Assembly: GCA_913777295.1 (NCBI GenBank)
Contig: CAJYRU010000185.1
Location: forward strand, 131-64,130
DNA length: 64,000 nucleotides
Direction of reading: 5' to 3'
Source of the DNA: an uncultured Sphingomonas sp.
Lineage (GTDB): Bacteria > Pseudomonadota > Alphaproteobacteria > Sphingomonadales > Sphingomonadaceae
The position numbers and the translations under genes were made by a program. The first letter of the stretch is position 1. The number at the start of each line of letters is the position of its first letter. The notes below the pieces were generated by a model, which did no database searches, was not told the DNA's origin, and saw only the letters and a list, made by a program, of their open reading frames with translations. Positions 58,811 through 64,000 of this stretch are shown piece after piece.

Positions 58811-59778
58811 AAGTCGCGATACCAAGCCGCGAACTTGCCCAAGCCTTCCTTCAGCATGACCTTCGGACGATAACCGCACACCGCGTTCAGCCGCGACACA
58901 TCGGCATAGGTCGCGGTCACGTCGCCGGGCTGCATCGGACGCATGATCTTCTCGGCCTTGCGCCCGATCGCTTCCTCCAGCGTCTCGATCATCTCCATCA
59001 GCCCGACGGGATGGCTGTCGCCGATGTTGAGGATGCGGTTGGCGCCGCGCTCGGGCGGATGGTCGAGTGCGCCGACGATCCCGTCGACGATATCGTCGAT
59101 ATAGGTGAAGTCGCGCGCCATCCGCCCCTCACCGAACACCTCGATCGGCTCGCCGCGCATCAGCTTCTGCGTGAAGCTGAAATAGGCCATGTCGGGACGA
59201 CCCCATGGCCCATAGACGGTGAAGAAGCGCAGCCCGGTCTGCGGAAAGCCGTACAGCTTCGCATAGGACTGGCTCATCAGCTCGCACGCGCGCTTGGTCG
59301 CCGCATACAGCGATACCGGCGCCGCGGCCGGTTCGTCCTCGGAAAAGCCGGCGGTGCCGATCGGCTTGTCGCCATAGACCGAGCTGGACGACGCATAGAC
59401 GAGATGGGCGAAGCCCTCCGGTGCGTGGCGGCATGCTTCCATGATCGAAAGATGGCCGGCAAGGTTGGAGCGTTCATAGGCGAACGGATTCTGGATGCTG
59501 TAGCGCACCCCCGCCTGCGCGGCCAGATGGACGACCCGGTCCACGCCGTTGTCGCGGACCAGACGGGCCATTTCCTCGTGGTCGACGATATCCACACGGT
59601 GGAAGGTGAAGCCTGCCTTCCCCTCGAACGTCGCCAGCCGCGCTTCCTTCAGCGCGACGTCGTAATAGTCGTTGACGCTGTCCACGCCGATCACCGTCTC
59701 CCCCCGCTCCAGCAGGCGATGGGCGGTGGCATGTCCGACGAAACCGGCGACCCCGGTGACGAGAATGGGACCAGGCAT
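58798..59778 (-). CDS. UDP-glucuronate 4-epimerase (extended SDR)
   Basis: VTGVAGFVG, NDYYDVALKEARL, HLAAQAGVRYS, YASSSSVYG, SLYAATK, RFFTVYGPWGRPDMA. Confidence 0.92.
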   Translation of the reverse strand: MPGPILVTGVAGFVGHATAHRLLERGETVIGVDSVNDYYDVALKEARLATFEGKAGFTFHRVDIVDHEEMARLVRDNGVDRVVHLAAQAGVRYSIQNPFAYERSNLAGHLSIMEACRHAPEGFAHLVYASSSSVYGDKPIGTAGFSEDEPAAAPVSLYAATKRACELMSQSYAKLYGFPQTGLRFFTVYGPWGRPDMAYFSFTQKLMRGEPIEVFGEGRMARDFTYIDDIVDGIVGALDHPPERGANRILNIGDSHPVGLMEMIETLEEAIGRKAEKIMRPMQPGDVTATYADVSRLNAVCGYRPKVMLKEGLGKFAAWYRDFYGA

Positions 59779-59863
59779 CAACACTTCTCCATTAGCGACG
59801 GTCACGACGCGAGCACTTACCCGGCCCGCCTACAGGATAGGCTGCCGAAAAACCATGGCATTT

Positions 59864-59878
59864 TGCTGCTATGCAGCA
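59864..59878. promoter_or_regulatory. Perfect palindrome TGCTGC-N3-GCAGCA upstream of the epimerase (PhaR-like box)
   Basis: TGCTGC-TAT-GCAGCA. Confidence 0.55.
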
Positions 59879-59879
59879 T

Positions 59880-60425
59880 TCACGACGGCCTTGTCCGGCG
59901 AAGGATCAGGTACAGCGCGCCCTGCCCGCCATGGCGCGGATGGGCCGGGCGGATCGATGCCACGCGGTCGGCATGCCGCCCCGCCAGTATCCAGTCGCCC
60001 ACCGCCGCCCGGATCGCCCCGCGCGCATGCGGCCGTTCCGATTCGGGGCGCGGCGGCTTGCCGGTCACCAGCAGCAACACCCGGTCGCCGCGCTGGATCG
60101 CCCGCGCCAGCCCCTGGTCGAGCAGCAGATGCGCCGAATGCAGCGTATGCCCGTGCAGATCGATCGTCGATTCGGGGCTGACCAGTCCGCGCGACAGCCG
60201 CCGGTCCCAGCCTGCGTCGAGCGTCGCCCCGGGCGTTCGCGCCTTGGCCGGCACCGGCAACGCGGCGGGCAGCTTGGCCCGCACCGGCTTGGGAGCCGGC
60301 GCGCCATGCTTCGCCATCGCGACAGGCGCGACCGGCACCGGGCGGGCGGCGTGGAGCGGCTTTACCGCCGCGACCACCCGCGCCCACAGCGCCGCTTCGC
60401 CGGGATCAAGGCGTCGCCCGGCCAC
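59880..60425 (-). CDS. Smr/MutS-related domain protein
   Basis: IDLHGHT, LLVTGK, HGGQGALYLILRR. Confidence 0.9.
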   Translation of the reverse strand: MAGRRLDPGEAALWARVVAAVKPLHAARPVPVAPVAMAKHGAPAPKPVRAKLPAALPVPAKARTPGATLDAGWDRRLSRGLVSPESTIDLHGHTLHSAHLLLDQGLARAIQRGDRVLLLVTGKPPRPESERPHARGAIRAAVGDWILAGRHADRVASIRPAHPRHGGQGALYLILRRTRPS

Positions 60426-61692
60426 CCGCGATCCGCTGGACGGTGCCGATCGGCAGCAACAGGAAGGCGGTGCCGCGCGCGCTCATGCCGCCGGCGATCG
60501 CCCGCGCCTCGTCGCCCGCACCCCAGAAGGTGTCGAAGCGGTTGGTGCCCTTGATCGCGCCGCCGGTATCCTGCGCGACCCACAGCCCGGTGGCATCGGT
60601 GCGGTCCATCGACAGGAACACCGGCGAGCCCAACGGCACGAAGCGCACGTCCGCCGCGACGCTCGCCTGCCCCGTCACCGGCAGGCCCAGCGCCCCCAGC
60701 GGCCCCGGCCCGGTCAGTTCGCGGAAGAACACGAAGCTCTTGTTCTCGCGCATGATCGCGCGGCCTTGTTCGGGGTTCGCGCGCAGCCACGCCATCAGCC
60801 CCTGCATCGACGCCTGCCCCGGCTGCACCAGCCCGCGGTCGCGCATCAGCTTGCCGATGCCGGTATAGTCGCGGCCATTCTGCCCAGCATAGCCGATGCG
60901 CATGACGCCGCCATCGGGCAGCCGCAGCCGGCCCGACCCCTGTACCTGTAGGAAGAACATCTCGACCGGATCGGCCGCCCAAGCGATCTCAAGACCCCGC
61001 CCGGCCAGCGCGCCTTCCTCGATCGCGGTCCGGTCGAAATAGGGCACGAAGCCCTTGCCATCGACCCGCCCGCGAATCCGTTTGCCTTTCAGATCAGTCG
61101 AAAACAGCCCGAGGTCCGCCTCGACCAGATCGCTCGGCACGCCGTAGATCGGCGTTTCGTACCCGCTGCGCCGGTCGCGCGACCCATGGATTTCGGGTTC
61201 GTAATAGCCGGTGGCGAACGCCTCGCCGTCACCGACCTGCGCCGTTTCGAACCAGCGCGCGAAGAACGCCCGCGCCCCACCACCACCGACGCCGCGCGCC
61301 GCGTCGCACGCCGCCTGCCAGTCGGCGGGACGGGTCAGGCCGGTCGGATCGGCCTTGCGCGTGACCGAGGGGCAGCTGATGCGGAACGCCGCCAACGCGC
61401 GGTCGGCGGCATCGTCGGTGATCGGCAGGGTAGCGACCGGCGGCCCGGCCACGACTCCGGCGGCCAGCGCGGTCGCAGCACCGTCGACCGTGCCCACGCC
61501 GGTGATCGGCGGCAACGGCACCGCAGCCGTTGGCTGCCGCACCGGCAGGGCCCTGCTCGGCGTCCCCGGCGTCGCAGCGGGTCGTTCCGGCGCCGGTCGC
61601 GAAGCCGCGCTCTCCGCGCCACGCGGCACGATCGCGTTCGAACAACCCGCCAGCAGCAGCGCGGCGAATGCCGCCATCCCCCCCTTGTGCAT
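60406..61692 (-). CDS. mltA: Membrane-bound lytic murein transglycosylase A
   Basis: Lipobox LAGC; TGYYEP, FFLQVQGSG, QDTGGAIKG.NRFDTFWG. Confidence 0.93.
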   Translation of the reverse strand: MHKGGMAAFAALLLAGCSNAIVPRGAESAASRPAPERPAATPGTPSRALPVRQPTAAVPLPPITGVGTVDGAATALAAGVVAGPPVATLPITDDAADRALAAFRISCPSVTRKADPTGLTRPADWQAACDAARGVGGGGARAFFARWFETAQVGDGEAFATGYYEPEIHGSRDRRSGYETPIYGVPSDLVEADLGLFSTDLKGKRIRGRVDGKGFVPYFDRTAIEEGALAGRGLEIAWAADPVEMFFLQVQGSGRLRLPDGGVMRIGYAGQNGRDYTGIGKLMRDRGLVQPGQASMQGLMAWLRANPEQGRAIMRENKSFVFFRELTGPGPLGALGLPVTGQASVAADVRFVPLGSPVFLSMDRTDATGLWVAQDTGGAIKGTNRFDTFWGAGDEARAIAGGMSARGTAFLLLPIGTVQRIAGGRATP

Positions 61693-61697
61693 CGGCG

Positions 61698-62342
61698 TCA
61701 GGCTTCGTCGGTGTCGGCGAGCTTCCAGTTCGGGTCGCTGCTCTTCAGCACCCGCAGGAACGTCCACACATCATGCGTCTCGACCGCATCCGACAGTGAC
61801 CCGGCGATCATGTTGCCATCGGCATCGCGGGTGATCGCGGCGATGTCGGCATCGAAGCGCACCGCGACCCGCGCGACGCCACCTTCGACCGATGCCTCGG
61901 TAACGACCGCACGCTCGATCGACACCAGCCGGTTCTCCAGCGTCTGGCCCGCCGCGTTGCGCTCGGCGATCGCCTGCGCAAATGCTTCGCGCACATCGCG
62001 CTCGGTCAGCCATTCCAGCGTCGACTCGTCGCCCTTCCAGAAGGCTTCGAGGATCATGCGATAGGCGGACTTGGCCCCTTCGACGAACTGCGCAACGTCA
62101 AACGATGGGTCGGCGGCGATCAGCTGGCGCAGGCCGGCTTCGGCACCGGTTTCGACATGGCGCGGGCCGAGGACCTTCGCCTCCGGCGTCACCTCGATCG
62201 GGCGGGTAGCAGGCGGCACGCCGATCCGTTCCTCCGCCGCGCGCGGCAGGGGCTCATGGCCGGTACGCTTGCCCAGTACGGCATAAAGCCGCATGGCCAG
62301 AAACGCCGCGATCATCGCGAGCAGGACGACAAAAACCACCAT
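61698..62342 (-). CDS. Tim44/TimA family adaptor protein
   Basis: RLYAVLGKRTGHE, DPSFD..QF.EGAKSAYRMI, DVWTF...SDPNWKL. Confidence 0.88.
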   Translation of the reverse strand: MVVFVVLLAMIAAFLAMRLYAVLGKRTGHEPLPRAAEERIGVPPATRPIEVTPEAKVLGPRHVETGAEAGLRQLIAADPSFDVAQFVEGAKSAYRMILEAFWKGDESTLEWLTERDVREAFAQAIAERNAAGQTLENRLVSIERAVVTEASVEGGVARVAVRFDADIAAITRDADGNMIAGSLSDAVETHDVWTFLRVLKSSDPNWKLADTDEA

Positions 62343-62522
62343 GCCTTCACTTCCTTCCGTCGACCGGACATAGGACCGATCGGGCGCGGATACAAACGGT
62401 GCGGCGGTCCTGTGGTTCGCGGGGCCGGTCGACCCGTTGAATCGCGGTCGTGCCGCTGCTAGTCCGCGCCATCTTAACGCGGCAAGCGCCAAAGCTATCC
62501 GCCTTCGTGGACAGGAACTACC

Positions 62523-63023
62523 ATGGAAGATCAGAACGACGCCACCGGCATCGACGCCTTTGCCAACGGGGACGACAGCCAGCCGTCGGTCAACGTCATC
62601 ACCCAGTACGTCAAGGACCTGTCGTTCGAAAACCCGAGCGCGCCGGGCATATACCAGCTGCCGGGCAGCCCGAAGCTGGACGTGCAGTTCAACATCGGCG
62701 CGAACCAGGTCGGCGACGACGTCCACGAAGTCGTGCTGAAGATCGAGGCGCGTGCCGAAATCGAGGGCCAGGTGATGTATCTGGTCGACCTGTCGTTCGC
62801 CGGCCTGTTCGGCCTGCGCAACATCCCGGCCGAACATCTCCAGCCGTTCCTGCTCGGCGAAGCGCCGCGCATCCTGTTCCCCTTCGCCCGTCGCGTGCTG
62901 GCCGATGCGGTGCGCGACGGCGGCTTCCCGCCGCTGATGCTGGAGCCGATCGACTTCGCGCAGCTCTACCTCAGCCAGGCCGAACAGCAGGCCGGGCTTG
63001 GCGAAGTCGCCGGCCACGCCTGA
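62523..63023 (+). CDS. secB: Protein-export chaperone SecB
   Basis: QYVKDLSFENP, PRILFPFARR, GGFPPLMLEPIDF. Confidence 0.96.
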   Translation: MEDQNDATGIDAFANGDDSQPSVNVITQYVKDLSFENPSAPGIYQLPGSPKLDVQFNIGANQVGDDVHEVVLKIEARAEIEGQVMYLVDLSFAGLFGLRNIPAEHLQPFLLGEAPRILFPFARRVLADAVRDGGFPPLMLEPIDFAQLYLSQAEQQAGLGEVAGHA

Positions 63024-63086
63024 TTGTTCCGGGGCGGGTGAGTTCAGGGCTGCTCGACAGGTTGGCCCGGACTTCCGCCCCCTTTC

Positions 63087-63173
63087 CGTACCCCCGCGCA
63101 GGCGGGGGTCCAGAGTCAGGCAAGACGATGGCCTGCGTATGCCGCCCTGGATCCCCGCCTGCGCGGGGATACG
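63087..63173. repeat. REP-like element, copy 4
   Basis: CGTACCCCCGCGCAGGCGGGGGTCCAG...CTGGATCCCCGCCTGCGCGGGGATACG. Confidence 0.8.
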
Positions 63174-63280
63174 CAACGGCCGACCTTGCCGAGGTCTCGA
63201 CCATATCCGGGATGACGAGAGCGGCGAACCTTCGATCCAGAACGGTACCGGGAACACTGCATGTCGATCGGCCCTAGCTC

Positions 63281-64000
63281 ATGAAACTCGCGAAATCGCT
63301 GGGGTCGGTCGGCGGGCTGACGCTGGTCAGCCGGGTATTGGCACTGGTCCGCGACTCGCTGCAGGCGACGTTCGTCGGCGCAGGCTTCGCATCCGACGCG
63401 TTCCTCGTCGCCTTCCGCCTGCCCAACATGTTCCGCGCGCTGTTCGCCGAAGGGGCGTTCAACGCCGCCTTCGTGCCGCTGTTCAACAAGAAGGTGGCCG
63501 AGGGCGAGGAAGCCGCCGAGGGACAGGGGCTGGCCACCGGCATTACCTTTGCCCGCGACGTGCTGTCGGTGCTGCTACCGGTGCTGATCGCAGCGACGGT
63601 CGTGATGCTGATCGCCGCATGGCCGCTGACCTACTTGCTGTCGGGCGGGTTCAATAACCCCACCCCCGACCAGTTCGCCTATGCGGTCACGCTGTCGCGG
63701 ATCACCATCCCCTATCTGCTGCTGATCTCGATCGTGTCGCTCCTCGGTGCGATCCTCAATTCGCTCGACAAATTCTGGGTCAACGCCGCCGCCCCCATCC
63801 TGCTGAACGTCGCGATGGTCGCCGGCCTGCTCTTCTTCCACGGACCCGATCCATACGCGACCGCCCGCGTGCAGGCATGGGCGGTGACGGCGGGCGGTGC
63901 GTTGCAGCTCGGCTGGCTGATGTTCGCCTGCCGCCGTGCCGGCGTGTCGCTGAAACCCCGCCGGCCGCGCATGACCGATGACGTCCGCGCGATGCTGAAG
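63281..64000 (+). CDS. murJ: Lipid II flippase MurJ (3' end outside the window)
   Basis: Translated by hand: MKLAKSLGSVGGLTLVSRVLALVRD...SDAFLVAFRLPNMFRALFAEGAFNAAFVP. Confidence 0.95.
   Translation, partial: MKLAKSLGSVGGLTLVSRVLALVRDSLQATFVGAGFASDAFLVAFRLPNMFRALFAEGAFNAAFVPLFNKKVAEGEEAAEGQGLATGITFARDVLSVLLPVLIAATVVMLIAAWPLTYLLSGGFNNPTPDQFAYAVTLSRITIPYLLLISIVSLLGAILNSLDKFWVNAAAPILLNVAMVAGLLFFHGPDPYATARVQAWAVTAGGALQLGWLMFACRRAGVSLKPRRPRMTDDVRAMLK

Noticed and set aside
16764-59778. Canonical sphingan (sps/gel/wel) cluster
   Set aside because: No rmlACBD, different glycosyltransferase set and gene order; a GlcA epimerase and exosortase are present instead.
57991-63257. 986-aa plus-strand ORF and 519-aa extension of the Tim44-like ORF
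   Set aside because: Shadow frames over epsD, the epimerase, smr, mltA and secB.
1-64000. tRNA or rRNA genes
   Set aside because: No cloverleaf or rRNA signature recognised by eye; tRNAscan/Infernal would be needed to exclude them.

Overview
High-GC alphaproteobacterial chromosome segment, most consistent with Sphingomonas. Housekeeping flanks (purD, map, tadA, rpmB and dapE on the left; smr, mltA, Tim44-like, secB and murJ on the right) enclose a ~45 kb accessory surface-polysaccharide region (~14.3-59.8 kb). That region holds a Wzx/Wzy-dependent EPS pathway (priming transferase, four GT4s, Wzx, Wzy, Wzc, a short Wza with an outer-membrane beta-barrel, an acyltransferase, a methyltransferase and a UDP-glucuronate 4-epimerase; ugd lies at 10.7 kb), a type I secretion ABC/MFP pair, three related beta-helix proteins (a 2229-aa RTX giant, a ~744-aa secreted paralog apparently starting at ATT, and a lipoprotein), an exosortase V/EpsI/PEP-CTERM sorting system, and two abutting IS elements at a CTAG site. 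The most unusual element is a translationally coupled gene pair inside the EPS locus (34135-35702). It resembles the gene-transfer-agent head-spike module (Rcc01079-like base plus a partner with an N-terminal GLSL anchor-like peptide), the partner carries an SGNH esterase domain, and the pair sits behind a TTGACA promoter with a LexA-like box. No capsid or tail genes are present in the window. All family calls come from reading motifs by eye; no database searches were run.
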